Shown: piece after piece, positions 27,901 to 41,460 of the stretch
How the letters are laid out: the number at the start of each line of letters is the position of its first letter
How positions within the stretch are numbered: the stretch's first letter is position 1
NCBI GenBank assembly: GCA_001938485.1
Contig: MQRK01226513.1
Coordinates: 1-57,828, forward strand
DNA: 57,828 bases
Source of the DNA: Girardia tigrina
Lineage: Eukaryota
Reading direction: 5' to 3'
Program-made: the position numbers and the translations under genes
Notes under the pieces: generated by a model
Databases searched by the model: none
The model's input: only the letters and a program-made list of their open reading frames with translations
Told to the model about the DNA's origin: nothing

Positions 27901-30900
27901 AAGAAATCTAACTTCAGTCGAACTATCCGAATAGCATTTTTCACAACACAAATAAGAATCAACCAACATTCCAGGAACCTTATCACTAATTGAAACTAGT
28001 AAAAACGTTTACATATCACGAAAATCTTACTTTGTACTTTCATTTTGATAAGCATAATAATGTGAATCCTTACTAATCGAACAACATTTTTCCGTACAGC
28101 ATACTAAAGTCAATGTTTGATAGACTTCAGCTCGACCACAACAAAATCCCAACTTTACCATCAACTCATCTATTTGAACTTGAAGATCATTCATACTCTA
28201 ACGATAAACTAAATTGATTGACAGATTAAATTTTATTGCATTACCTGTACAAAATCTTTTTTCGATTTTCCTTTTTTTTTAGTAGAATTACAAGAATTTA
28301 TCAAAATATTAAAATCATCAACAATCAGCCAGGGATTCTCATATTCGCCATCATCTAATTTTTGATTGATAATTGATAATGATACTGGCTTATAGTTTAT
28401 TTTAGAAGTATCAAAAGTATTTGAATTTTTCGAATCATTTAAACTCAAAAACGCTTGAACGTTTTTGTTATTCTTAATGAAATCAAAAAGTACTTTAAAT
28501 TCCGTATTTAATTCTTCTTTAGTCCATGATTTTAACGGAGAGTCTTGCTTATTGACTATTTCTACCGCTGTTGTTGTCATTGTGGTATTTGTTGCCGGAG
28601 CCGTTGTTGTAACAACTGTCATTTCTTGTTTAATATCTTTGACTTTAATCTCATTTTTCGATTCATCTTTAACATTATCGAAATCCATCAAAAGTTTTTT
28701 CTGTCGCTGATATTCATTTTGAAGAATTTTCTCAAAATGATTCAAATGATCCGTATCCGAACAATCTTTATTTAAATTGGAAAACAAATCGGAATCATTG
28801 TTATTATTTACAGAATTTTCCATCGATATTGTCGGTGATTTGGAAATAATTTCCGGATAAGTAACACAATTTTTCTGACTAATATTAAGTTTTTTGTGAA
28901 TAATAAAACAATTTTCTGCTAACAATCTATAATATTCATCTATTGTACTTGATTTCATGTAGCTATCGTTTTCGATCTTTTTCGCGTGATCGATTATATT
29001 TTTCATTCTTTCATCTTGATAGGCTTTACCGATTTCTTTTACCGGTAAAATTGTGCTAACTCTATTAATATTAAACATTAGTTAATAATAAAAATCGATT
29101 TTTTTTTATTTTGTAAATACACCTGTATACATTTAAATAGGGTATATATATCATAAAGTTACAATTACAAACAGATATTTAAAATTTGCTAATCAAAATT
29201 GAATGATTTTCCATTACAATAGAATATTTAAATTTAAATAGGCAATTGGACACAAGTAAAATCATTAATTGTTTAATAATATGTCTAATATAATTTATCA
29301 TTATTTTTCATGAAAAAAGGTTTTGAAAAAAAATATTTTTTCAAAAATTTTTCTTTAAATATTTTTATCTTGTTATAGGGATTTACGGGAAAATTATTTC
29401 TTTACTTATTTAACGAGAAATAAACTGAAACTATTAAAAAAACAAAAAAATGTAATACTGTGAAGTCCATCTGTTAATAGTAAATATTCATTTGTTAATA
29501 AATGTTTAATAAAAATAATTATTCGATATAAAAATCCAAAATAAATATAAATTATGGAAGAAAACCAAGAACGATTCGTGTGAATCTATCACAATCCAAA
29601 CTGTTATATTCGGTAAATTCGATTCCCAAAGAATACCCCAAACGAATCTAAGCCAAAAAACAAGACAGTACTCGACTGGTTTCAATGTTGCATGCCCAAA
29701 CAGAGAAATTATCATGATTACTGGGACTATTCTATTGGCTACTTGCAGAACCGCTTTTTCTGTTGTAATGTTGATCGGAGTCGTTGTCCGCCTCTGGTGG
29801 CCGGAATAAAGTATCATGAACTGAAAGAAATTAGACCGGTTAGAGAATCCGGGCTGGAAATGTCGTTTGATTATTACCAAATTGGTATATTATCCGATCC
29901 GGAAAAAATAACTCGAGTGATTTCTAGAATGGTCCATTGGATTAGAGATGACATCCTAGAGATGGAGATTCGATAACAGAGACCATCAATTGGACTATAA
30001 TTGCTTTTGACACTTGTGTTTCAATGAAAATAAATATATTTATATTTACTATTTTTTCTAAACTTTTTGTTAAATAAAAAGATATTGTGGAAAACCTAAA
30101 ATTTTCGGGTTTTTTTTCACATTTTCTGGGCTGATATGAACCGCTGGTCGGTCCTTGAGCTGGGAGCTGAGGATGAATTTGATATATACCCATACATATT
30201 TAAAAGTTAAATATAAGGATGATTTTTAGATTTCGATTTATTCTCTAATGGATACATTATAGTAATGATGGAACATAACAGTATTAATTATTTAAAAGAT
30301 TTATTAAACATAATATTCCACTTAATAATCTTAAATTTCTGTTTTTTAAACCATTTTCATAAACAGTAAAAATATCACCTTTAATTAATAATTGTAAAAA
30401 GAAATAATATTCAAATGAATAAAATCCGAATAATTAAACGGCATTTTACTTTTTGTTCGTAACAAATACCCTATTTAAATTATCAAAGTTTACAGGTGTA
30501 AGAAAATCCAAAATAATAAAAACAAAAATCAATAAAACTTACATTCTATTGATTAATCGACTTCGAATGTTCTTATCCACAGTGATTCGATCTTTCATTT
30601 TATTATCACAAATATCTGGCTTGAAATCGACACATTTTTTGTCCGAATTGTTGAGAGCATCGATTTCCGGATTGACAATCGATTCCTTCGATTCGTGATC
30701 GATATTATCGATTTTGTTTTTCGTACACTGTTGTCGCGATTTAATCGGTGCACATATGAGACAGGTGATTTTTCCACATTTTTTCCAATGTGATAAAATT
30801 CGTTTCGAAGTCGAACAATGAGAATAGGGACATTGTTTGTCTTTATTACACGCTGACATGTGGGACAAGACTTCCCTCATCATGGCACAATGGGGACTCG

Positions 30901-31054
30901 AGCACGGATTCATTCCGTTGATTTCGATGTGTTTTTGACAACGACAAGCATGGAAAATTAAAATCAATTGTTGTTGTATTTGTTTTCGTTTCTGGGCATC
31001 GTCTGATGCAATGGCATTACCATTAACACTAATTGACATTTCACGATATATCAT
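24925..31054 (-). CDS. CBP/p300 histone acetyltransferase, compact (~1,500 aa), about 6 exons
   Basis: TAZ1 (QQQLILIFHACRC..C..MREVLSHM..C, 30539-31054). KIX (DERMKNIIDHAKKIE..DEYYRLLAE) and bromodomain in the 28233-29078 ORF. Small RING/PHD exons ~27880-28200. PHD-HAT-ZZ-TAZ2 in 25571-27808 (YLDSV, HIWACPPSEGDDYIF, KRLQEWY, PYFEGDFWP). Q/P/N-rich last exon ends at 24925. Confidence 0.95.
29554..29976 (+). CDS. possible small nested antisense gene in CBP intron 1 (~122 aa, two CC pairs)
   Basis: GC-richer island in an AT-rich intron. ATG 29554 (MEENQERF) plus a 54-nt GT..AG intron (29578-29631) joins in frame to NTPNESKPK..DWFQCCMPKQ..FFCCNVDRSRCPP..EIR*. The donor GTGTGA is weak. Confidence 0.3.
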
Positions 31055-32599
31055 CAAATTTTACACTTCTAAAGCCAGGAAAAAAATGTTATACGAGTAA
31101 AAAAATGAAGAAAATTAGTTTTTTTTATAAATATCGATAAAAAATATTTATTGAAATTTAATTTAAAAACCGGTAGCCATTTATAAATATTATGTATAAA
31201 TATAAAACATATTTTAAACAAATAATAACCATATGAAATTTTCGAAAAGTATTTTTTTTGTTGTAGTAAAGTTTATTCGACAATTTTTATTACCTAATTT
31301 GTCAGAAAACGTAAAACAATTTTTTTGTAAAACAAACTTTTTTTTGAAAATTGAAATGAAATTGACAATTTAATAATTTACTTTCTTGATTTTTAATTCT
31401 TGAGAAATTGAGAAAATATTAAAAATTTACAAACAATTTAAAAAAAAATATTTAATGGATTTTTAAAAAAAAATTTATTTGAACCATAACCATATCTTGA
31501 AATACATATTTTTTAAACTTGGTAAAAAAATTAATTTATCATGTTCAAGAATTACAAAACATTGTAAATTAAATGTAATAAATTAATAATTAAGAAAAAT
31601 AGATAAGTTCTTGGATTTTCCTTATTATTTAAATAAATTAAGAAAAATTAATATCAGTTTTTTCGATTCTGAGCGATAAAAAATAATAGAATTGTATATA
31701 TATACAAAATCAAACTGATATCTCTAAGACTAATTTACAAAATAATGACAATTTAGTAAACGTTACATTAAAAATACCGTTCTTAGAGAGAGCAAATGAT
31801 TTCTAAAAATCATTAATGATAAGAACTTCCTCGTATTTTAAATTGAGAGTAATATTTACTGCAAGTAAAAAAATTAAGTTTCTTTTTAAATAAAACTAAA
31901 ACTTATGTTAGTGTGCAAGCAAACATATTTTACCAATATCAATGAATTGTATATTAGTGAGACGAACAGTCATCTTATAATTAGATTTACTGAACACACT
32001 CAATAGAGTAGAATTAACTCCATTCTTAATAATATATTACATAGCAAAGATTGAAATAAAGTCAATTGTAATAGCGAGTTTTAAATTTTGATAATTATGA
32101 GATGATAATCCCTGAAGCATTGTTAATTATGTATTCAAACCATGCTTAAATGTTTAAAGTGATTTATCTAATCATATATTGTTTAGTTTTTAAATATTTT
32201 TTAAATTTAAATAAATGAAAATTTTAAATAAGCCTAAAAATTGAGTGATGTTGAGTAAAAGCCTGTAGTTATATAAACGGCTTGAATTTTAAATTTTCAA
32301 TTAATCAACTGATGATACCAAAACTGGAGAAATATGTTTTAAATGTATATACAATTTAATTCTTTTTTTAACACCCAGAACCGTAAAATAAACACATATA
32401 TTTGTTTACCATCGCAATAAAAAAGTACGGAAATTAATTACAATAAATTTATGATTACGAAATAATTTAATGTCTTGGTGTTGATTATTATAAAAATCCT
32501 ATTTAGAAATCTCTGTTCATACAACGCCTCAGATTTCCAATACAGATGTGGAAGCCTGAAATTCAATTCTCACGATTCACTCCACGAGAAAATTTGGCA

Positions 32600-33384
32600 T
32601 TGAAAAGCCAACTTATACTAGTTCGAATAGATTGACTGGTAAAATCATGAATTCTAGTACTGCTTCTCTAAGATTCCGTTGCATCACTTAATATTGATGT
32701 GACTGAATTTCAAACCAATTAAGTGTGGCAACAGAGCGTGATTGCTGGTAGCTACATCAACATGTAGGATACAACAACATCTGGATCCGCCAGAATTGGA
32801 GTCGAACATATCTTCAGAGGTTAAAATTGCATTTCTTTTAACGAATATAACTAAATTTAACAATGGAGGGTTGAGTAACATGATTATTAAGAACATTTAA
32901 ACAAGTCTCGTTTAAATGTTTATTACAATCACATTTAGAGTCATTATGACTCTCAGAAAGTCTTTCATCGTTTGTCATCCTTCTAATTGGTTTTCTTATT
33001 TTTGTTTTTAATCATGATTATTCGAACAATTTTTCTAAATTCTTTTTAAAATATTCAACCTCTAAAAATATTAATTAAAAATAATAAGTTTTACCATTTC
33101 TCAATAAATCTTAAAATAATAAAAATGTCATCAAATTTTAAAAATGTATTTAATTTAAATTTTACTAAAAATTATTAAACTTAATTTTAATTGTGAAATT
33201 ACAAATATGAACTTATCAAATAATTATTTTAATTATGTTCGAATAGTCAATCACTTTAAATTTAAATAAAAAAATACCTATTTCCATCTGGGTGGGAGAA
33301 TCACCATTCTAAATTCAACATACTTAAATCAACATACCGGATCCATACATTTACACATTAAAACAATTTAAAATATTCCTCACA
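32600..33384 (-). repeat. dispersed repeat copy (TTCTCCCACCCAGATGG family) with downstream short ORF
   Basis: Motif at 33284-33300. ATG 32978 gives MTNDERLSESHNDSKCDCNKHLNETCLNVLNN. Related copies at ~4550-4800, 6250-6750, 21120-21480 and 53250-53675. Confidence 0.7.
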
Positions 33385-33899
33385 AGGATGAAGGAGAAAT
33401 TGACCAGAATCTTATTGGAAAGGTCCAAACGATGGTTAAACAGATATATTTAGGCATAACGCGTACATGTACATCCTTTAGTTTCATATAAGTTAGTTTT
33501 GAGCGGAATCGAAGATATCTATGTGAGATTCCTGAACGGGAAAGTAACGATAATATGCCTATTCTTACCAGTCACAATGGCGCACACCGGTAGGTATATC
33601 ATCGCTGTGTTATAAGTTCGCATATGGTGTGTATGCATACCCATCGACCAACCCGACAAACACGGATCTGACATATAATCAAAATTGTACTGAATGAAGT
33701 AATCATTTCATTAATGAAGTCCATTTATTAATATTATTATTTGGTAAGTAATTTCTTTTTACATTATTTAATTTAATTATTTTTATGTAAATATATTTTT
33801 TTACATTTTAAAATATAATAAATACTAAATTTATTAAATAAAATTTTATCAAAAAAAACAAAAATAAAATAAGATTTTATTTGATATAACATGTATTAT

Positions 33900-34690
33900 T
33901 ATATTCGTTCTCCAAAAATGTCAAGTTTGGCAATGCATCGACAAAGAAAGGTCTTACAATGCCTATAATATGGCCTAAGGTCCGAATAATCCTCCTTCTG
34001 CAATTCTTGTGGAATTGCTGTCTGGAGAAGATCAATTCGGTTTCTTTGGGTCATTAGCAGCAGATTTCCTTCTGAAATCTGCTTCCTGACTCCCCTTTTC
34101 AGTTTGAAAACACCGCTTCAATGGGGTTTAGAAACGGTGAATAAGGGGGTAAGTTATGGACACGATGAATCGAAATAGTGTCCAGATGGATCGAGGCATT
34201 ATCATGAATTAGACGATACGATTGATCGTCTAATTTTGAAGATAACTCCTCGATTAAGGCCTGATATATGTCATGGTTCACCGTGGAAGACATATTTGGT
34301 GATGTATGAGGCCATTTTTCTTTATTGCCATTATGAGGGACACATTCCTTCCACGGTTGGTTGGAATGGTAACAGTGGCCGGCATTCCTCTCCTGGACCT
34401 CGCATTTTGTCGCGTAGTTCAAATATTGAAACCAATCTCATCAATAAAGATGAGATTTTTGCTGCGCCATCCTTTTGACAGGAAACTTATCGCGTAGTCG
34501 AACCGTTTCTCCTTGGCGGTTACCGAGTTGCGGTTTTGAACACAAGAGTGAAATTTCTTGAAGGTGATCAATTTCCCCTCCAAGTACCTCGAAATTGTGT
34601 TCCTGCTACACTGCATTCCTTCAGTTTCAAATAAAAATTGCTTAATTTCCCTCAGGAATGCAGTGGATTTTCATCTAGGAATTGAATAAT
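33900..34690 (-). mobile_element. Tc1/IS630-like (DD-E) transposase pseudogene
   Basis: LIFIDEIGFNI, IHDNASIH and LPPYSPFLNPIEAVFS across broken frames. Confidence 0.85.
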
Positions 34691-34828
34691 CTTCATGCAT
34701 AGATGATCTGTTTTGATGGCTCTTTTGTGGCCGCCACGGTGGCCAACATTGATGCAGCCATTCTTCTGGTATCGGTAAATGAATACCCTTGCGGCAGATT
34801 CACATATCTCAAACTGCCGGGACAAATA

Positions 34829-35262
34829 CAGGGGTGGCCATAAGTTGCTTTACCCAGTTTTAATAATAATAAACACAAAATTCCAAATGATTTATAAACA
34901 AAAACCAGATAAAACTTTTTGTTTTAATAATTATTTATTTAAAAAATTTTTTAAATTATTTCATTTTGTTTATTGTTGTTGGTAATATTGGCATGAAAGG
35001 ACAATTAACACTCCAGTAACGAATTTTTAGAGTAAAGCAGTGGATAAAGCATGATAGAAACTCAAGAGCTGTAGCTGCAGCATTTGCAAAAGAGTATCCT
35101 AATGACGCTCCTCCATCACGACAATCAATGCATGTTTTGGCTAAAAAGTTTCACGAGACCGGCTCTGTAACCGACAAGAAAAGAAGTGGGCGCCCTAACA
35201 ATATGAATACCGATGAAAATAAAGAAAATGTTATGACCAAAATATTACAAAGTCAACAAAGG
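34829..35262 (+). mobile_element. Tc1/mariner-superfamily 5' fragment
   Basis: TA|CAGGGGTGGCCATAAG TIR-like start. N-terminal HTH peptide AFAKEYPNDAPPSRQSM..KFHETGSVTDKKRSGRP. Confidence 0.75.
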
Positions 35263-35629
35263 TAAATTTCCTCAGTTGCATAATATTGGTCCAATAGTTG
35301 GTGTTCATGTGCGTAGAACTTATAAAATAGGAACAGGAGCACAATTTCATTCGTTATCAGAGTATATGTATCCTGTGGAAGAGTATTTTATAAAAGAAGA
35401 AATAAACAAAATTAACTTATATATATAATATATATATTTTACAGACATTATTTATCAATAGTCGATTATTTGAAGCATTTCTGAACATGTTCTCGTACAT
35501 CATCAATCAGCAAATATAATTATTTTAAACCAATTATAATAATAGATGCAAATGGTATTAAAATAATAATCCCGGGTTTTTCATTCAGTTTTGACAATTT
35601 ATCATGCAGTTCTGACTTTTTTTCAATCG

Positions 35630-36030
35630 TCCCTTACAAGACGAGTCCCTGAGTGGAACTCGTGAGACGACTACACATTCCCGAAGGAAGTTATCAGCCC
35701 TGAAAGAGTAATAATTAATTAAAAATCAGACAGAAAACAACAAAGTTGCTCACCGGGGTAACCAACAGAGTTAGGAGGTCAACCGACCCTCCCATGAAAG
35801 AGCATCGCGAGTACGATTCCTGAGCGAAAATCGCAGAGCCTCGGCACCTTCCTGAGAGAAGATATAACCCCTAGAAAGATTCAAAAGTTAATTAACAAAT
35901 ATAAAATAATTAATTAAACTTATCATGACTCAACAGCAAAACACGAGATCACCAGACGACCATGAATCATCAGTGAATAATCTACGCGTGTGTCCTGAAA
36001 ATATTAACGTATGTGTCGACACACAATTAC
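35630..36030 (-). mobile_element. fragment of the distal (intron-bearing) part of the long LTR family, inverted
   Basis: The reverse complement matches 38030-38290 and 49030-49300 (..taag..ttaattaa..ag|gggttatatct). Confidence 0.6.
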
Positions 36031-36037
36031 AGTAAAT

Positions 36038-38330
36038 TGTCACGACCCCTTTGAGTAGAAACATTTCTGATGACTCAAGATCCCCCAGTGATTGTTAAGG
36101 GTCAACCACAACCCATTCAGATTTTATTTCACTTTTAGACGTTATTGTGTAACAGAGTCGGACGCCTCCTGTCTTGCCTGACATCTGTCCAGCAGTGCCA
36201 AGCTCAAGGGACCTTCGGGTTCGATTCAAGACAGGACGGGCTGTGGGCTCCCCGCCCAGCTCAATATCGTTCGGGGATGACTTTGTATTATTTGCTCTTT
36301 CGATGAAGGTATCGCTCAGGTTTGTGTAGAATGTGTTGATGATTGCAACTCGAAATACTGGTATGTGATATGTATGGTCAACTTGCGGCAATGTTGTGTC
36401 TGTATGCGGACTTATGGCACTGTTGTATAATGCGGGTAACTAACGGCCCGATTATGTATCTTGTAGTGTTGACGTCTCCACTTGTCTAAAATCATTAATT
36501 ATATATCATCATATATTCATATAATATTGTGTGTCATTAAGTATATTCGCTTAATATTATTAAATATCGCCAACAACAATTAGATATTTTATTATGTATA
36601 TCAAGTATTACTATGTATCGTTAACACTGTATATTGTTCTGTATAATTAGCAGTTTATCTTTACTCTATATCAACCAATTTCGTATCCACTTATTTATAG
36701 TGCAGCATTATATATGTAACAGCATATATATCAATAATTATCTATTTTTATCGATTTATTTTACAGCAGTTTTGCTCATCAACAGCAGTTCTTTATTCAC
36801 ATCTAAATTTCTTCTGATTCGACGAGGCTTCTTTTACTACTCAATTTTCTCTGCCAGTCGTACTTGAATGAATAACTAGTCGGCGTGTCATTCCTATAGA
36901 GCATATATCTCTTTAATTTTCTAAGCGAATCTCTTATTGGTTTATCAGCCTCATTTATCAATGACAGATTATTACTATTCGTGTCTCTAAAAGTGAAATC
37001 TAAAAATAGAATCATTATTAGTTTATTTACATTTATATCAATAAGCAAGCGTCTATACAATCCTTTCGCGTCCATCGACTGGGTTAAAACGTGATAGATT
37101 AATTCATTATTGTCCCGTATCGACGGACATAGCATCACTCAAATAGTTATCTACGCATAACGTGATTCTCTTTTGCGTATAGTTCAATAGAATCGATCTC
37201 ACGCCTGTGATAAGTATAATTCTCATTTCCTGTTCTCTTACGGAGTTCTCATTGTCGGCGTAAGTTCTCGCATTATGCACAAACTCAAGGTTTCTGTTAT
37301 CAGAACCATTCTGCGCGTGGTTATCTCGGAACATCTCTTGTGAGGATGGCGGCTACGATGACGACTGGGAAACTTACTCTCTCTCTATCTAACTTATCAG
37401 AATGAAATAAAATTTAAGGTTAGTTTGTATTAATTATAAAAGTAAAACCCATATCTATAATACATATATTCAGAATCATCAAAGAAATGAACAAATGTAA
37501 ATAAAATTACAATATGTTTGGTATCCGGAAGTCCGTTCTCGAAACGTCTGTAAGTCTTTCCTCAAATGGTCCGTTCGTTCTCAAGATCTTTCGTTTGGTG
37601 TCGGTCGTTTGTAAATCTCGTGCATTCGAGTGGTTCTCTGTTTTGGATTATTCTCAATAATTTCTTATGGTTCTTTCATGTTAATAATTCTCTATGAGCT
37701 CAAATTATTTAAAATCGTTCAGAATTGTTCAATTATGGTTTTTAATTTTCGTTCTAAATTGTTTTAAACAGTGTCTAAAAGTTGTCTAAAAATGGTCGTC
37801 CTTTATACCACGGTTCTGGCATGCTATCACTCTATGAATTCCAATCGCAATCTGCCAACGAAGAATCAAACACATCTCTCAATCGTGGTTGGCCAGTTGT
37901 TGGTGATTTCGGAGTGTACGTGTCAGTGTGCCTCTAAAATTTTTTCGGTAATTTTGATTTTATATAGGAATTGATGATTGTGTGCTTGTAGGTCGCTGGT
38001 GTCATGCGGTTCGTGAATCATGGGTTAATCATCGTGAATAATCACACGGTGATTTCTCGTGGATTTTTTGCTGACTCACGTAAGTCTTAATTAATTTCTT
38101 ATATTTGTTAATTAATTCTTCCAATTATACAGGGGTATATCTCCGTCGGGGAAAGTTTTATCAATTTACGGATTTCAACTAGGGATGCGGCTCAATGAGA
38201 GCTTACTGTGAAGGTTCGGCTGGTCTCGCAAGTCTTTTGGGGAGTTCGGCAAACAAGGTTGTTAATTTTTCAGGTTCGTATTTAATTAATCTGGGAATTT
38301 CTTAGACTAATGGCTTTATTAAACTTCTGG
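36038..38330 (+). mobile_element. long LTR-like unit, copy A (TGTCACGACCC family)
   Basis: TG start and first ~350 bp shared with 45873 and 56163. Distal intron-like block shared with 49030-49300. 3' end not defined. Confidence 0.65.
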
Positions 38331-38335
38331 AATCC

Positions 38336-39105
38336 TGTAGCGAGCTGCCATGAAGAATCTACGAGGGGAGGAGCCGCTCTATCTTGTTGCAACTGCAATA
38401 CTTATTCAAATACATGTATTTTACGTTATTGCTTCTCTTTTTTCTTTTCGACGTTTTGTAATGCATTACATGAGTTGGTGAAATTCGGACCGCAACAAAA
38501 TCAAGTTATCAAAAATTTTTGGAGACACACGGGCAAGTACACACCAAAAGCCAAAGTGCCCGACCAACCAGCATCGTAGAATTTTGCAGACTTCTTATTG
38601 GCGGAAGACCATTGGCCGCGATGAGATAGCGGGGTGTTGCATCTACAATATAAAATAACAGTCATTTTTTCAGTTGACGAACACATTTTTGAAACCAAAA
38701 TAATAGCTACACTTACGTGTTACATTGAATCATAACTTTGCTGAAGAAAATCCAAGCGAAGATTAGAACAGTTGATCTACGAGCATCACCGCAGACGAAA
38801 GGAACGACAACTTATTAGTAAAGACCGGCGGCATCACTGAGCAGGAAATCGACTGACGAATTTACGACACCGAGAGGACGACCGCGAAAGACATTTCGTG
38901 TAATCGACGTGTCGACGAGCGAAAGGACGAATAAATCGACAGATACCGCCTATTGAGACATTCTCTAAGTCCCATTGAACTTCTTTTACTTGTAATTATT
39001 ATTGTATAAAACTAAAAGAGAATTGCTTTTTTTATAGGTTAATTCAAATGTTAATTTATAATAAATCAAATCTCTCTCCGTTTTATAACTTTATATGTGA
39101 TTACA
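38336..39105 (+). mobile_element. possible solo LTR of another family
   Basis: TGTAG...TTACA ends, GC-rich body, AATAAA near the 3' end. No matching TSD seen. Confidence 0.35.
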
Positions 39106-39270
39106 AAATAAGCAAAAGATAAAATGACTTTTTTTAAAGTGTAATTCAACTGTAAAAAAATAAACACCAAATATATTACACACAGATAATCACTAAAAAC
39201 TTACGATAAATCAGTTTCAGAAATCATATATATCATATATATTTTCTTTATAGCAGGATCTTGGGTTTGA

Positions 39271-39490
39271 TTGTTGAAACAATCGTGATGTTAAATAAAT
39301 ATTCTGCGATACAAAAATAAATTCGTTGTTGAAACAATCGCGATGATAAATAAATGTTCTGCGATACAAAAATAAATTCGTTGTTGAAACAATCGCGATG
39401 ATAAATAAATGTTCTGCGATACAAGAAATAGATTCGTTGCTAAAACAATCATGATGATAAATTAATGTTCTGCAATAAAAGTATTCGTTG
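39271..39490. repeat. 55-bp minisatellite, ~4 copies
   Basis: Units ttgttgaaacaatcg(c/t)gatg..ttctgcgatacaaaaataaattcg start at 39271, 39326, 39381 and 39437. Confidence 0.95.
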
Positions 39491-40899
39491 AAAAAAAAAC
39501 TGTATCTCTCCAGTAACGTTCAAAATCAACAAAATATAAATTTAAATTATTTATGGCTACTAGACAATTCAATCAATATATTGGATTGCATTATATTCGA
39601 ATTATTTTTGAATTTTTATTATAATACAAAATTATAATTTGTGGCCTTTTAAATAAAAAATAAAAAAAACCAAAAAAAATATTATTTTGCCAACTACGTA
39701 TAGAAAAATAAAAATTACTTAATTTTTAATTACATTTCTAAAAAAGCTGATTCTTCTTCACACAGAATTCTTTAACTTTCTCGAATAAGGAACTAAACTA
39801 TCATTCTCAAAAAATATCCAACATACTCCACATACATGTATATAAAAACTGAATCGCAAACCCGATATACGTCATGCTCAAGAAAGCCTATGTACAAACT
39901 CGAAAGAAGGGTAACATCAATTTTTACTCAAGACACGCGGAAGTAGTGTATCACAATTATTATTGCGCATATTAATCTATTATAGTTTAATTTATTAATC
40001 TGAATAAATGTATTCTATAATGCTAATTTTCCTTTTTAAATATCAATAACCATTAAATTCGAGTCCCGACCGCTTAGCGCCCGATTTAGGCGGATCCCCT
40101 CCCAGTCATCGCTGTTGTCCCGTGTTAATTCGCGAAGTTCCACATGGATTTCGGCGATCAGTCGAAAACGTCCTTCAGTTCAAATCTGGATATCACGTTG
40201 GGGGTCCAGAATAGAGAATTAAAACAAATAGGAATTTCTGATGATTAACTACATTGGATCGGCTCTGATTTTATTTCAACCTACTAACATAAATAGTGTA
40301 ATTCCCCACCTCTATCTCTAGTACTTAGTATCATTAAATATCTCTTAAAGTTATTAGCACGGTTTCAGGCGACTTTTGTTCGGTGGACAACGGCGCATTT
40401 ATAGACCATTAAATTAAAATTGCAAATAATTAAAATTCTTCATAATCTGATAATGAGAAATAGAAAGCCCTGATGGAGGTGTTGCAGGCCGCACCGTGAG
40501 CTTGCTCTGAGCGGTCATCAACTACCACCACCAGTGATCCTTTCTTTTCAAGAAATAATAATAATTAATAAATAGAATAACTCCTTATTAACGATAACAG
40601 CATAAGACATCAATTTCTGAAGAATGATAATAGTACTAACAAATTAATGAAACATTCTAATAAAATAATAGAGAAGTAATGATTAATAGTGTAGTACTAA
40701 TTGTAATAAAATATAATGGTAATAGTAAAGTACTTGTGTCAATGGCGATGTGTGACGTGCCAGCGCTGCATGAAATTCATTTGTCTTGAGTGTGAATTTA
40801 AGAAGATAGCCAGAGTAAATGAAGTGCATATAAAACCATACCCCTTAGACCCTGTTTCCTCCGAACGGAGACTACTCGTTGTCGGATTGAACCCAAGGG

Positions 40900-41460
40900 C
40901 AACTTAAAGTTCGCCACTGTTTACAGATGACGGATTGAGAGTTGTGGTTCACCAAAGACCGAAAAGGTGAATCTGTTGAGTGTCGAAATTAATAAGTAGT
41001 TACCAAGGGCTCACAGCATTGCAAAATGTTCTGAGGCACCAAGATGTCAACCTAAAACTAGAGAGGTTGAGGAAATTATATCACAAAATGAATAATTACA
41101 GTAGGAAGATCATTATAATTGTGGACAACTGTCCTACTTATACACGTATTCAAGACCTTTAAAATGTCGAACTGATGTTTGGCCTCCAAACACTACATAA
41201 AAATTACAACCTATTGCTAAGGGTATAATCTACATTTTCAAGCTTCGTAACAGAAAGAAAATACTATTAAAAAGGTTACCATCGCCTGAGGCGAATCAAA
41301 ACTTTTTATTCTCTCTACTTGATACCCTCTATAAAATACGATTGTTATGGGGAATCATTCCATACCTAATAATTGTAAACTGGTTTCATCATTGTCACTT
41401 TCATGTTCCAAACAACGCTGAATCTTTGAAAAAAGATGCACTCTTCAGTGGTAGCTACTC
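40900..41460 (+). mobile_element. pogo/Tigger-like DDE transposase remnant
   Basis: RKIIIIVDNCPTY..NVELMF..PNTT*KLQPIAKGII..FK. Confidence 0.8.

Noticed and set aside
25045-28775. Plus-strand ORFs overlapping CBP (likewise those over tubulin, hAT and mariner)
   Set aside because: Antisense shadows of real coding exons.
36050-36078. GAAA..CTGATGA hammerhead-like words in LTR copy A
   Set aside because: No room for stems I and III, and absent from copies B and C.
36156-36236. HDV-like ribozyme or tRNA gene reading of the LTR block
   Set aside because: P3/L3/P1 spacing does not fit HDV, and there is no cloverleaf or anticodon arm; kept only as unclassified structure.
39271-39490. CRISPR-like array
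   Set aside because: Head-to-tail 55-bp units with no unique spacers, in a eukaryotic context; a minisatellite.
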